Notes: generated by a model from the sequence alone, not told the origin. 64,000 nt of DNA from Squalus acanthias (GCA_030390025.1 CM059432.1:148430001-148494000), one strand, 5' to 3'; shown: positions 22,238 to 34,466, numbered from the stretch's first letter. Made by a program: numbers and translations.

Positions 22238-25200
22238 TCCGCTGGTATATATCTCAGTTGAGGAAGAGATGTTATAAGCACTCAGTCAATGTGGGGAGAG
22301 CGCTTTCCAAGGAGGTCACAGAGCATATGGATCTCAGCTTAAACAATTACAAGCTCAATAGACCTGCAAAATGTGTTCCAAAACCTCAAAACACAAAGTT
22401 CTGCCATCTGAAAGTCAGCCATGTTACAGGTCCGCTTTTATGCTGCAGGAGCAGCTCTCAAGTATTCAGCGAGTTGCTGAACCCGGCACAATCAGCTGGC
22501 GTGTTTGTCGCACGACGGGCAACACGCCGAAAAAGTACTAAAATGGGAAGAGCCTGTAAAAATGGGATTATGTAGGCAGTCAACAAGTTGTTAACTGCCT
22601 TAAGTGCCTCTCCCGCCACTTGGTGTCGGGTCTGATCGGGACTCGCAGACCCAACACTTTGCAAAGTTGCGTGGAGGCGGGATGGTGGCGGGTTCGCAAC
22701 CCGCCGTCAATCATTTAGATTTTCACTACTGACCCGCCTCCAAACCCGCCTGCTGAGCGCTGGCAAAATCACGGCCACAGTACCATTTCCTTATTCCCCA
22801 TTATACTTTCTCCTGTCTCAGCCTGTAAGGGACCTACGTTTACTTTCGCTAATCTTTTCCTTTTTACATACCTATAGAAGCTTTTACAGTCTGTTTTTAT
22901 GTCTCTCGCTAGTTTACTCTGGTATTCTATTTTCTCTTTCTTTATAAATTTCCTGGTCCTCCTTTGCTGAATTCTAAAATCCTCCCAATCCTCAGGCTTA
23001 CTATTCTTTTTGGCAACATTATAAGCCTCTTCCTTTGATCTACTACTATCTTTAACTTCTCTTGTTAGCCACGGTTGGACCACTTTTCCTGTGGGGGTTT
23101 TTGTGCCTTAAAGGAACGTATATTTGATGTAAATTATGTATTAATTCTTTAAATGCTAGCCATTGCTTCTCTACCATCATACCTTTTAATGTAGTTTCCC
23201 AATTGATCTTAGCCAACTCGCCCCTCATACCTACGTAGTTTGCTTTGTTTAGATTTAAGATCCTAGTTTCGTATTTAATGAAATCACTTTCAAACTCAAT
23301 ATCAAATTCTATCATATTATGGGCACTCTTCCCTAAAGGCCCCTTTACTGCAAGGTTATTAATTAACTCTTTCTAGTTGCACAATACTAGATCTAAAATA
23401 GCCTGATCCCTAGTTGGTTCCTCAATATACTGATTTAGAAAACTATCTTGCATACATTCCATTAATTTGTCCTCCACACTATTGCTGCAAATTTGGTTTG
23501 CCCAGTCTATATGTAGATTAAAGTCCCCCATAATTACTGTATTACTCTTGTTACATGCACCTCTAATTTCCTGATTTATACTCTACATTACAACTACTGT
23601 TTGGGGGCCTATAAACAACTCCCACCAATGTTTTCTGCACCTTGTTGCTTCTCAGCTCCACCCAAACTGATTCTACTTCTTGATTTTCGGAGCTAAGATC
23701 CTTTCTCTCTACTGCCTTTATCCTATCCTTTATTGCCAGGGCTACCCCTCCTCCTTTTCCATATCTCTACTAAAAGTTAAGTATCCTGGAATATTTAATT
23801 CCCAACCTTAGCCACATTGCAACCACGTCTCCATAATTGCTATTAGATGAAACCTATTAATTTCTATCTGTGCTATTAATTCATCTATTTTGTTGCGAAT
23901 GCTTCGCGCATTCAGATATAGTGCCTTGAGCTTTGACTTATTTCAGTTTTTCCCTGAGGTCACCTTAGTCATTGATGCCTTATTACCTTTGTTACTCTTT
24001 CTGTCCCTTCCTGACCCACTCTGCTTATTTTTACCCAAAACTCTACTCTGCTCTGCAGCCTTGACATTTCTCTCGCTGCTTTTAAATTTACTCTTTCCTG
24101 AATCTTCCCCCCACCCCTTCATTAGTTTAAAGCCTGTCTACTGCCCTCGTTATTCGATTCACCAGGACACTGGTCCCAGCCCGGTTTAAGTGGAGCCCGT
24201 CCCAACGGAACAGCTCCCTCTTTCCCCAGTACTGGTGCCAGTGCCCCATGAACTGATACCCCTTCCTCCCACACCTTTGAGCCACGCATTTAAACCTCTA
24301 ATCTGTTTGTCCCTATGCCAATTTGTGCGTGGCTCAGGTAACAATCCAGAGATTATTACCTTTGAGGTTCTGCTTTTTAATTTGGATCCTAGTTCCTCAA
24401 ACTCCCTCAGCAGAACCTCATTCCTAGTTCTACCTATGTCGTTGGTTCCTACATGGACCATGACAACTGGATACTCCCCCTCCCATTCTAAGTTCTCCTC
24501 CAGCCGTGAGGAGATGTCTTTAACCCCGTCACCGGGCAGGCAACACAACCTTCGGAACTCTCAGTCGCGGCTGCAGAGAACAGTATCTATCCCCCTGACT
24601 GTACTGTCCTCTACCACAACTACATTCCCTTTCACTCCCCCCACTTGAATGGCCTCCTGCACCATGGTGCCATGGTCAGCTTGCTCATCCATTCTGCAGG
24701 CTTTTCCCTCATCCACACAGGCAGCAAGAACCTCATTCCTGTTGGACAAGGGCAAAGGCTGAGGCTCCTCCAGCACTGCACCTGGGGTCCCTTTACCTGC
24801 CTGAGTCGCAGTCACACCCTCCTGTCCCTGACCACTAACCAGACCTGTACCACTACCTAACCTAAGGGGTGTGACTGCCTCCTGGATCAAAGTGTCCAGG
24901 TAACTCTCCCCATCCCTGATGCCCCGCAATGTCTGCACCTCAGACTCCAGCTCAACAACTCTGAGCTGAAGTTCTTCAAGACGCAGGCACTTACTGCAAA
25001 CGTGGTTGTCCAGGATCACAATGCTCTCCACAAACTCCCACATGCTGCAGTTGTGGCACATCACCTGCACTGCCATCCCTATATAACCTTGTTTAATTTA
25101 ATTTAATTTGTAATTAGGTAACTTTGTTTACAGTGTAGTTTCTTGACTACTTACTTAATCTAGATTAAGTTATGAGTACTGAAATTAAATATCTGCCTGT

Positions 25201-25486
25201 AACACAAAGCACTACAAGTAGTGCAGGCAAAAAGCAGCAACTCCTTCCCCCTCTTCCCAAATAAAACACTGTTTAAGTACACTCTGTTTTAATCCTGCTC
25301 TGTGCAGACCTGTTTACTTTTATACTCTAGGAGCCTCACCCAATTTACAAGTGTTGACTCAGCTCTCCTGCTCCTGGTGACTGGCGCCTATTCAAGACAA
25401 ACGCTTACAGCTGACTGACAGTTAACTGCCACTGGCAGGCAGCTTCTGTTAACTACAGTTTTTAAAGTTCTAGGTTAAAATCAAAT

Positions 25487-26378
25487 GGGGAAAAATTTGG
25501 TTGGTTTGCGCCTCACGTTAGCGCCTTAAGAGGGCGCTAATGGGGTGCAAAGCAACTAGCGCTCGAGCGCGGCGATGTTTGCGCCGCTCACGAAATTGAC
25601 TAGACAGTTTGCGGCGGTGCTAAATACTACCGCCATGATCTCCTGCGCCCGCAGATCGTGACGTCAGTCGAGCATGCAACGCCCCAGTAGCGCCCAGAAC
25701 TGGATATTGAGTGGTGCCCCCTGCCTTACCGCCTGCCGCTAGCAATGACAGGTTGAGGGGAGCATTTTGCAGTTGGGAAGGGACTGGGGGGGCGCTATTT
25801 AAAGGCGACCGCTTCCTGCCTTTGTATGACGGCAAAAAATTTTCACCACGCATTCTGAGTGAGAGAGAGAGACTGCAGGAGATATTCAAAGCTGTGTTGA
25901 GGAGTTTTGGGTACTGAGCAGCACTTTGCAGGTTCATTTTGAATTGATCTTCCTTGTATCGATTTAGAAGAGACTTTGGGGGCTGCATTCTGAGCTCTTT
26001 CCCTGGGTCTCTCCATTGTTCTTTCCAACAGATTTGATGTACAGGTCTCTCCAGGCCGAGATTCAAGGCTGCAATGAGCAGGGTGTGGATGGAGAGCAAA
26101 ATCAACCCTCCCCTTTAAGAACTGGCCGGCGCCAGTGTGTCTGTGTTCCATTGCAGACTGACATCACATGAGCTTCACCAGCGCTCTGAGTTAGTGCCTC
26201 GCTCCTTGGCCTTTGCGCCTTAAGACAGGTGTGCAGCGCCTGATTTAGCCCTCCAATCACCTCCAGGGGCGATAGAAGCCAAGTTTGGCAGTCGGAGGCG
26301 ATAATTAGCGCCAGGCGCTAAACTTTGCGCCCGGCCGATAATCGCACCCCAAACGGGGCGATACTGAATTTCTCCCCC
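25487..26378. mobile_element. Non-autonomous internal-deletion derivative of the Harbinger B family (inverted orientation)
   Basis: Left part is colinear with the reverse complement of about 33750-34149. Right part is colinear with the reverse complement of 29885-30250, including MERPRERAQ. Ends ACTGAATTTCTCCCCC. Confidence 0.88.
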
Positions 26379-28475
26379 ATAATGTTTAAACTAAATTTCA
26401 CTTTTTACATCTAATACTTACCCGATACTTACCAGAAATTCCCACTCTTTCCAAATTCCCAAATAAAACACACTTGTTTAAGTCCACTCTGCTTTAATCC
26501 CGCTCTGTGCAGACCGCCAACACTGAACTCTATAAAAGAACATGGGATGATTCTGCAATCTCAGAGCTCCTTCTTAATGAATGGAAATCACATGCTGTGC
26601 AGCCCCAATTTCCGGAGATGTGCCCCGTAAACACTGCTCACTGCTGGGAGCACCAGCTTGACTATGGGCCCTTATTTGTCCCACTGTGACATCCTTCTGT
26701 ATGGCTCCCAGAGGTAGCCTTTCGAGAGCTGGTTTATGTTTTAAGATGTACTTGTTTACCCTTTATATAACCATCACAACTTGAAAACTCTAAAAGAGGA
26801 ACAAAGGCAGTGCAATAAGTGGCGACGTCAGACTTAATGGCAACTTCCCCTCAATTCTAATTGTGGATAAGCTAAGTAAACACTGAGTCTCAATTTGATT
26901 TACTTGTTGCTGAGTAATGCTGCTGACGTCACAAGCTGTAGCACATGTCCACCTTAATCCCACTTTAGAAAGAGTCTTGATAGAGACAGTCTAAGCTTTC
27001 TGACCGGTATTAGCCGAATCATTTTAATATAATGTCAATTGAAAATTCCTGGCTGCAAGTTCATTGAAATAAACTTTTAGACTGCCGCTTACTGAAAGGC
27101 TCTTAATGGTCTCGTTAGGACAAACACATTTAAAAGGGTTTGTTATGTTCCCTTGACTTGGCCTCATAAATTGTTCACGCCACATGAATCCAGCGAGGTG
27201 GAACCCTCAACTCTTTAACTAAACTAAAAGTGGACACAGAGGAAAATAGGTGCAATCGGCTCACGTCTTGTTACCTCAGTATGAGCTCAGAACATGCCTC
27301 AGTTCACAAGGTAAAACCTGACAACTTTATAATGCTGCCGTTAAACAAATCAAGTGCACAAGTGTGCGGCTTGGCTTGTTCAAGCGTTCTACAGCTGGCA
27401 GATTTTCAAACTAGCAGCAGTGTAAAATAAAACCTCAGGAAAACGTTCATGTCATTTTGCGGGGATGCAGAGACTTGTACAAATTTCAGGTCCAGGATGA
27501 TACGAGACCCATAACTCCTCCCCTGCTGTCATACCTTCCCCATTATGGGAAGGAGCGTGATCAGAATGAGATAAATAAAAGCTGTCACTAGGGCCGAGCA
27601 GGCGTAGAGTTGGGTTGGGATATGTTCTCGAGCACTAAATGCATTTTCCCAAAGGGGTTGTTTATGTCGGAAGGAATGCTTGTAGAATAAAGCTAGATGT
27701 CCCTGCCAAGAATTTACACCATCCCAGAGGTTCAGAAAGGGACTGAGTTTAGTTAAAATAATCCTGAAATCTCTGAATGTTCAAGGCTTGGCAAGGCTCA
27801 GAGAAAACTACAGAGTCCTATTTAGTCAATAGGAACAAACTGCAGTGAATGCACCTACAAGTCAGGTCCACACAACCCTTGGTGCTTTTATGGATCAAAG
27901 ATACTCTTTTATACATTGTGTGCCGTAATTGAAATAAACATATATTGCATCAAAGTAGTATTACCCTTAGTCCTCAGAGTACTAAGCATCTTGGGTTCAC
28001 GGTCTGGAACTGTTCTATAAATAGATAAGCCAGATTGTTACAGACCAGAACTAGGTACACATTAAGTAGGTGCCCAGTGTGTACAGGTCACTGGTTCAGA
28101 GCTCCCATTTCTAAACCCTGTAAGTTTGAACCGTAGAAGTTCACAGCACAGAAGGATGCCATTAGGCCCGTCATATCTGTGCCAGCTCTTTTCTAGAGCA
28201 ATCCAAAAGTGATTCCACTGCCTGGCTCTCTCGCCATGGCCCTGGATCTGCCTCTGCTTGCTTCCATTAATTGTCAACTTTTCCCTTAAAAAGAAGCAAA
28301 TGATCTCTGGCTCAACCATTCCCTGTGGCAAAGTGTTCTGTACTCCAACAATTCTCTACATAAAGAAATTTCTCCTATCCTCTCTCCTCACTCTGTTAGG
28401 GATAATTTGAATTTGATGACTTCTGGTCACTGATATTCCAACCCGCAGAAATAGTGGCCCCTATTTTAAAGGTGG

Positions 28476-28685
28476 CGGGGGGGGGGTGTGTGTGAGGGGA
28501 GGGTGGGTGGGTGGGACGAGGGGAGGGTGGGGGTGAGGGGGGAGGGTGGGGGTGTGAGGGGAGGGTGGGGGTGAGGGGGGAGGGTGGGGGGGTGAGGGGA
28601 GGGTGGGGGTGAGGGGGGAGGGTGGGGGTGTGCGGGTAGGGTGGGGGTGAGGGGAGGGTGGGGGTGAGTGGGGGGAGGGTGGGTA
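28476..28685 (+). repeat. G-rich minisatellite (GGGGGTGAGGGGGAGGGT-like)
   Basis: Directly visible tandem G-run array. Confidence 0.9.
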
Positions 28686-29181
28686 GAGTGAGTCCGTGCC
28701 CTGAAGCGTGCGGCAAACCCGGGCAGTTTGGGGACATGGAGCATTTGCATAGATTTTCCTGGAGACCTGCCCCGGTCCAATACCTGACCGGCGGGCAAGA
28801 GCAGGCAATCGGTGGCAGGAGGCCCGAGCCAACCATGGGATCGAACCCTGCAGTCACTTAAGTGGTGCGGAGGGAGGGAGGGAGGGGAGCTCAAGGCAAT
28901 GGAGGCCCAAGGTTTCCTTGGGAGGCCCGGGGGAACACTCCTGCTCCTCCTGGCCCATAAGGCCACCTAAAATAAAAAAAATTTAAACTTAGCTTGTTGG
29001 GCCACTTTCGACCGACAACCCACCTCCCGTCAGGTTTGGCCTAACATGAAAGCCGTCACTTCCCCACTCAGGGATCCGACTAGAACAACAGATCAGGTCC
29101 CAATGACATCTTTGGACCCAGTCTGCGTACTTAAAGCAGGATCCTTTGCTTTCCTGTGGGTGACCCACTTGTTCGCTCAAA

Positions 29182-29428
29182 AGAGAAATCTTTGGAATTC
29201 TCCTGAATCTTTGGAATTCTCTTCCCCAGAGAGCTGTGGAGGCTGGGTCATTGAATATATTTAAGGTGGAGATAGACAGATTTTTGAACGATAAGGGAGT
29301 CGAGGGTTATGGGGAGCGGGCAGGGAAGTGGAGTTGAGGCCAAGATCAGATCAGCCATGATGTTATTGAATGGCGGAGCAGGCTCGAGTGGCCAAGTGAC
29401 CGACTCCTGCGTCTTATGTATCTTCTTA
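29182..29428 (+). mobile_element. CR1 3' tail fragment
   Basis: LWNSLPQRAVEA-type sequence plus tail, with a small internal duplication of aatctttggaattct. Confidence 0.8.
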
Positions 29429-30226
29429 ACATCGGGACACGACTGGAAGGCAATGGGATCAGTGGGGGTAAGTTGTTGTCTTTATTTTAGCTGCCTCTCC
29501 CCCCCCCCCCCCCCCAGCTCGGTGAGGTAAAATTGGGGCCAGTGTTTCCCTATTCACTCTATCAAAACTCTTTATCATTTTAAAATTCTCTAATAAATCT
29601 TCTCTTAGCCTGTTCTGCTCCAGTGGAAACAGTCCCAGTATCTCCAGCCTCTCCTCACAACTATAAGTTTCCATCGTTCACAGGTCGCTTCTGTAAATCT
29701 AAGAAACAATTTACGACTGAGGGCTGCTAACACACAGCCCTTTGTAGCCCAGCTTCATACGATGATGGTACTGCCCAAATCAGAGAGTTCAGTGCAGGAT
29801 CCAAGAAATCAGGAGTGCTGCAAGTCGGAAGCACCGAGCTCTACATTTGATTCTGTGATCTGCTTTCCTGGAGTAAAACCTTATGGGGGAGAAATTCAGT
29901 ATCGCCCCGTTTGGGGCGCAATTATCGGCCGGGCACAAAGATTAGCGCCTGGCGCTAATTATCGCCTCCGACTGCAAACTTGACTTTTATCGACCCTGGA
30001 GGTGATTGGAGCGCTAAATCAGGCGCTTCACACCTGTCTTAAGGCGCAAAGGCCAAGGCCGAGGAGCCTAACTCAGAGCGCGGGCGCAGCGATGGAACAC
30101 AGACACACTGGCGCCGGACAGTTCTTAAAGGGGAGGGTCGATCTTGCACTCCAGCCACACCCTGCTCATTGGAGCCTTGAATCTCGGCCTGGAGAGACCT
30201 GTGCCTAAATCTTCCAGCCAAGGACT

Positions 30227-32167
30227 ATGGAGAGGGTGAGAGAACGAGCTCAGCGCTTCAGCGAGCGGGCCTTGGATGCTCTGGTTGGCGCGGTGGAGCG
30301 CAGAAGATCTATACTCTTCCCTGAGAGTGGCAGGAGGCCTTTGCCGCGCGAGTACAGAAGAGTGTGGAGGGAGGTGGCTCAGAGCGTCTCCTGCAGGAGC
30401 ATGGTGCCCAGGACCCATGTACAATGTCGAAAAAAGTTCAACGACCTCACTCGGATCGTCAGGGTGAGTGGCTTTTTTTCAATACCTCTCCATCCCTCCA
30501 TCTCAACCTCACTCTATGGCCAGAGGGTCTTAAAACCCCAATGCCCAACACTCATCCAATACCTATGGCCCTCTCATGAAACACACACGCACATTCCACA
30601 CTTTGCATACAGTAAGGGCTATTCACCTATGGGAGGCACATCAGACAAGACCATGGCTGCATACAGTAAGGGCTATTCACCTATGGGAGGCTCATCAGGC
30701 AAGACCATGGCTGTATATTTACTCAGGCGCCGTCCTTTTTCTTGCAGGCCAAGCTATCTCATAATAGGAGACAGCAGCAACGGACGGGTGGAGGGCAGGC
30801 CTCAGCTGCAACCCCTCAGCGATCTTGAGGCACGCGTCCAGAGGATTGTGGCAAGCCGGGTGATCGGTCCCGTCGCCACTGGAGACGCCGACCCCGTTCT
30901 GGACAGCAATGGTAAGGTCATCACCTTTTTGTCCTCTGTCCTTCCACTTGTCCCTCACAACACCAGCCTTTGACACTTTCAATCCAACTTACTAAATGGC
31001 TGCACTCCTTCCTCCCTTACTGCCATCCTGTCCTCACGCTAAAGCCACTCTTGTACCTCCCTGCTTTCAGATGGTGATGCACCAGCTGAGGAGACGGGCC
31101 TTCAAGCTGCCAGTGGGAGTGAAGCTGCAGGCGAGGAGGAAGATGAAGGCGGAGCATCAGTGCCACCCTCTCCCGTGGAAGCCCATGCCCACACTGGGAA
31201 CACGCCTTCCCTGGAGGGGAGCAGGGGGGAAGGGTCTGATGAGGGTGAAGCTCCAGGACCCAGCGGGCTGCAGCAACGCCATGGGGGTAGGGAAGAACGG
31301 GGGCCTTCTCCCCGGAGGGAGAGTATGCCAGCGACTCCTACTGCACTGGACGCAGAGGAGGAGCGGCTCATCGCTGAAATGAACACCCAGGCGGTGGACA
31401 TGCACACTGAGCTCATGGGTGCAGTGGGAAGGGTGCCCGAATGCATTGAATCACTGGCAAGGAGTGTGGAGCACTTCGCTGTAGCACAGGCGGATGCCAC
31501 ACTAAAGCTTAGTGCTGCAATTCAGTCTCAGACTGCTCTCATGCAGACTCAGATTGATGCCACGCGAGCACTGACTGCTGCCATCCTCGATGGTTCGTAC
31601 ACATTTCCCCGGGGCTGTCACCGCGCCGCAGCAGGCCAGCAATCTGTGCTCCAGCAGATTGCTCCGGATGCTGAAGTGCTGCCCCGTGGGAGTGCCAGTG
31701 TGTCGGTCGAGCAGGGAGTTGCTGTCCTCTCTCAAGATGACAGCATTCCTGCTGCCACCACTGTCACTTCTCCACTGCACTTGCCACTGCCTGTAGGACA
31801 GACTGCTGCTGCCCATGCAGAGTTGGTGCAGTCTGCAGCCGGGCCCTCCAGGCCCAGAGCTGGTCGAGGCCGTCCTTCAAGGGCATCTGCAGTCTCAGGT
31901 TCTGTCAATCAACAGCCTTCCACCAGCCTTGCTGCAGCCACTGAGGTCCCATTACGGAGGAGCAGTAGGGTGGGAGGGGGGAAGTGCGCAAGGGAAGGAG
32001 ATCACCCTCGAAGGGCAAAAAGTAGGAGGTGTGACAAAATGTTGGTCATTATTTTATTAAATGCTAAGGTTCGTGGTCAAACTTTTGGACATTATCTCCA
32101 GGTTACGGGGGTAGGGTGGGATATGTGTACTGTGGGGATTAAAGCAGGGACAGGGTACTGGATTTGA
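30227..32167 (+). pseudogene. Harbinger B Myb/SANT gene: exons 30227-30463, 30748-30911, 31071-32167, with a +1 frameshift in exon 2
   Basis: RAQRFSERALDALV...WREVAQSV...RTHVQCRKKFNDL|AKLSHNRRQQQRTGGG. Exon 2 is 164 nt but the phases require 163, pointing to an extra G near 30793-30795. Confidence 0.8.
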
Positions 32168-32262
32168 ATGATCAGCCATGATCGTATTGAATGGTGGAGC
32201 AGGCTCGACGGGCCGAATGGCCTACTCCTGCTCCTAGATTCTATGTTTCTATGTTTCTATGT
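32131..32262 (+). mobile_element. Short CR1 tail inserted between the two Harbinger genes
   Basis: gatcagccatgat...ggagcaggctcgacgggccgaatggcctactcctgctcct followed by (TTCTATGT)3. Confidence 0.85.
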
Positions 32263-32483
32263 TATGAGAACCAGTTCTGTTAATGACTGTGTTTTTGTGT
32301 TTCTTTCTATTAGTTTGTCATAAGGAAATGACACACACAGAGTTTGTGAAATAAATAAGTTTTTGTATTCAAAATATACATGTTTGGTCTTTGGAATCAT
32401 TGGTGCCTTGGCCGGCTTAGGGGTTGCGGGTTGGTTTCATTCATGTTGTTATCAATGGTTGAAGCCATTTCCTCAGCAGGGGC

Positions 32484-33635
32484 CTAGAAGCGGCTTGCTA
32501 TCAGCCGTTGACAGACGGCCCTTGCAGTTTCAACATTGTGGGCCGCCCTCCCGCCTTGGTGCTGCTGATGATCATCCTCCTCCTCCTCTTCCTCCTCCTC
32601 CTCTGGTGGTGCTCCAAGGCCTGGTGGCATTGGCTGGGTCCTGAGGATTGCCATGTTATGCAGCATGCAGCACACAACTACGAAGTGGGAAACTCGCTCA
32701 GGCGAGTACTGCAGGGCTCCTCCAGAATGGTCCAGACAGCGGAACCGTTGCTTCAGCATGCCGATTGTGTGCTCAACGATGTTCCTGGTAGCTTGATGGC
32801 TCTCGTTGTACCGCAGCTCAGCAGGGGTGTTGGGCGTACGGAGCGGTGTCATCAGCCAGGTGCTCAGTGGATACCCCTTGTCCCCGAGAAGCCAACCAAC
32901 TGGCTGATGCGGTGCCTCGAAAAGTTCTGCCACAGTAGTCTGGCGCAGGATGAATGCATCGTGGCAGCTGCCAGGATAGTGGGCATTGACAGCGAGTATC
33001 AGCTGTCTGTGGTCACAGACCAACTGAACGTTCAAGGAATGGAACCCCTTTCTGTTCCGGAAATCCTCGGCATTCTCATGCGGAGCACGCAAAGCCACAG
33101 GCGTGCAGTCAATGGCGCCCTGCACCATGGGGAAGCCCGCTATCCTCGCAAAGCCCATAGCGCGTTCATGCTGCTTGTCTGGGGTCATGGGGAAAGAGAT
33201 GTACTCTCGTCTCCTTTTAAAGAGGGCATTTGTGACCTGACGGATGCAGCAATGCACCGCGAACTGGGAGATATTGGCGATGTCCCCAGCAGCAGATTGA
33301 AATGAGCCAGTGGCATAAAAGTTCAGAGCCACTGTGATCTTCACTGCCACCGACAGAGACGTCCTGGACCTCAGTTGAGGCTGCAGATCTGGCTGCAGCA
33401 GGTGGCAGAGCTCAGTGACCACCTCCTTGCTGAAGCGCAGCCTTCGCAAACACTGCTCCTCAGACATATGAATGTAGGAGAGCTGTTGACGATATACCCT
33501 GGGAGGGTAAGCTCTCCTGTACAGACGCCTGTTGGCCCTCCTCCGTCTGGCCATGATTGCCACTCTCTCTCTGCGTCTCTGTGTCCTCCGATTCAGGTGG
33601 CGCAGGACGACGCCCCCAATCATTGCAGCCCCCAT
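32484..33635 (-). CDS. Harbinger (HARBI1-like) DDE transposase, uninterrupted 383 aa
   Basis: [79 protein letters not shown] and CCMLHN motifs. Confidence 0.93.
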   Translation of the reverse strand: MGAAMIGGVVLRHLNRRTQRRRERVAIMARRRRANRRLYRRAYPPRVYRQQLSYIHMSEEQCLRRLRFSKEVVTELCHLLQPDLQPQLRSRTSLSVAVKITVALNFYATGSFQSAAGDIANISQFAVHCCIRQVTNALFKRRREYISFPMTPDKQHERAMGFARIAGFPMVQGAIDCTPVALRAPHENAEDFRNRKGFHSLNVQLVCDHRQLILAVNAHYPGSCHDAFILRQTTVAELFEAPHQPVGWLLGDKGYPLSTWLMTPLRTPNTPAELRYNESHQATRNIVEHTIGMLKQRFRCLDHSGGALQYSPERVSHFVVVCCMLHNMAILRTQPMPPGLGAPPEEEEEEEEEDDHQQHQGGRAAHNVETARAVCQRLIASRF

Positions 33636-34466
33636 AGTCTCTTAGCAAGCAAAGTTATGAAGGCCAAAAACCAAAGTACCTGCCAAGTTATGATCAGTAG
33701 CCAAAACTACCTCACACAGCGTTGACTCAATGCAGAAGTCTCTCTTTCTATTTCTCCGAATCTCTCTCTCTCTCTCTCTCAGAACGAGTGGTGCAAAAAT
33801 GTCAACCACAGAGAAAGACAGGAAGAGGCCCCCTTTAAATAGCGCCCCCCCAGCCCCACAGCGACTGATAGCGTTCCAGTCTTCCGGTCGTTGGTTGCGC
33901 CAGGCGGAAAGGATGGGGGCGCCACTCAATTTCCGCTCCGGGGCGCCACAAGGGCGTTGCACCCTCGTATGACGTCAAGATCTGCATGCGCAGGAGATCG
34001 CGGCGGTAAAGTTTAGCGCCGCCGCAAAATGTCTAGTTAAGTTCGCGAGCGGCGCAAACATCGCTGCGCCCAGGCGCTAGTTGCTTTGCGCCCCATTAGC
34101 GCCCTCTTAAGGCGCTAACGGGAGGCGCAACCAACTGAATTTTTCCCCCTATAATTCTTAAAGTCAAATGTTAACAATTGCCAGAAATAGACAATGTTCT
34201 GAGATCTGCTAATGGAAACACAAAATAAAATAGCCTACACTTCACCTCAGTAAAGTGTACAGTGCCTGACTCTCTTTGACAGCATTTTAAAATCTGTTAA
34301 CAAGCTATAAAACCCATTAGTTGACTTCCTGTGAAGGGAGCTGGTGGATGTCAAACTCGTAAGCACAACCTGTTGTTCTCCCCTTTGTTTTCTTGGGTTT
34401 ATTCTGACATGAGCAGGGGATGCTAAGGATGCCTGTGAGTGCAGCTCTCTGTTGAAGCACGAGATA

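Larger units (their letters stand above)
18883..22776. mobile_element. Harbinger element A (left end deleted, decayed)
   Basis: Convergent Myb/SANT and DDE transposase genes. Right terminus ...GGCAAAATCACGGCC; the left side fuses directly to CR1 RT sequence. Confidence 0.88.
16295..25080 (-). mobile_element. Near full-length decayed CR1 LINE hosting nested insertions
   Basis: Tail at about 16295; RT at 16556-17042 and 18396-18882; linker/APE at about 22781-23940; ORF1 esterase (VHVGTNDIGR, 24186-24548) and Cys/leucine-zipper N-terminus (CHNC..CSKC, 24561-25076). Confidence 0.85.
29885..34149. mobile_element. Complete PIF/Harbinger DNA transposon (element B)
   Basis: 16-bp TIRs GGGGGAGAAATTCAGT / ACTGAATTTTTCCCCC (one mismatch) and a 3-bp TSD TAT (29882-29884, 34150-34152). 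Carries convergent Myb/SANT and transposase genes. Confidence 0.95.

Noticed and set aside
28396..28966. Proline-rich ORFs
   Set aside because: They are translations of the G-rich minisatellite.
32508..33305. 265-aa plus-strand ORF, and similar antisense ORFs over LINEs
   Set aside because: These are shadow ORFs opposite real TE coding sequence, with no recognisable motifs.
32484..33635. Host HARBI1 gene
   Set aside because: It is enclosed by TIRs and a TSD with a Myb partner gene inside an intron, so it is a transposon gene.
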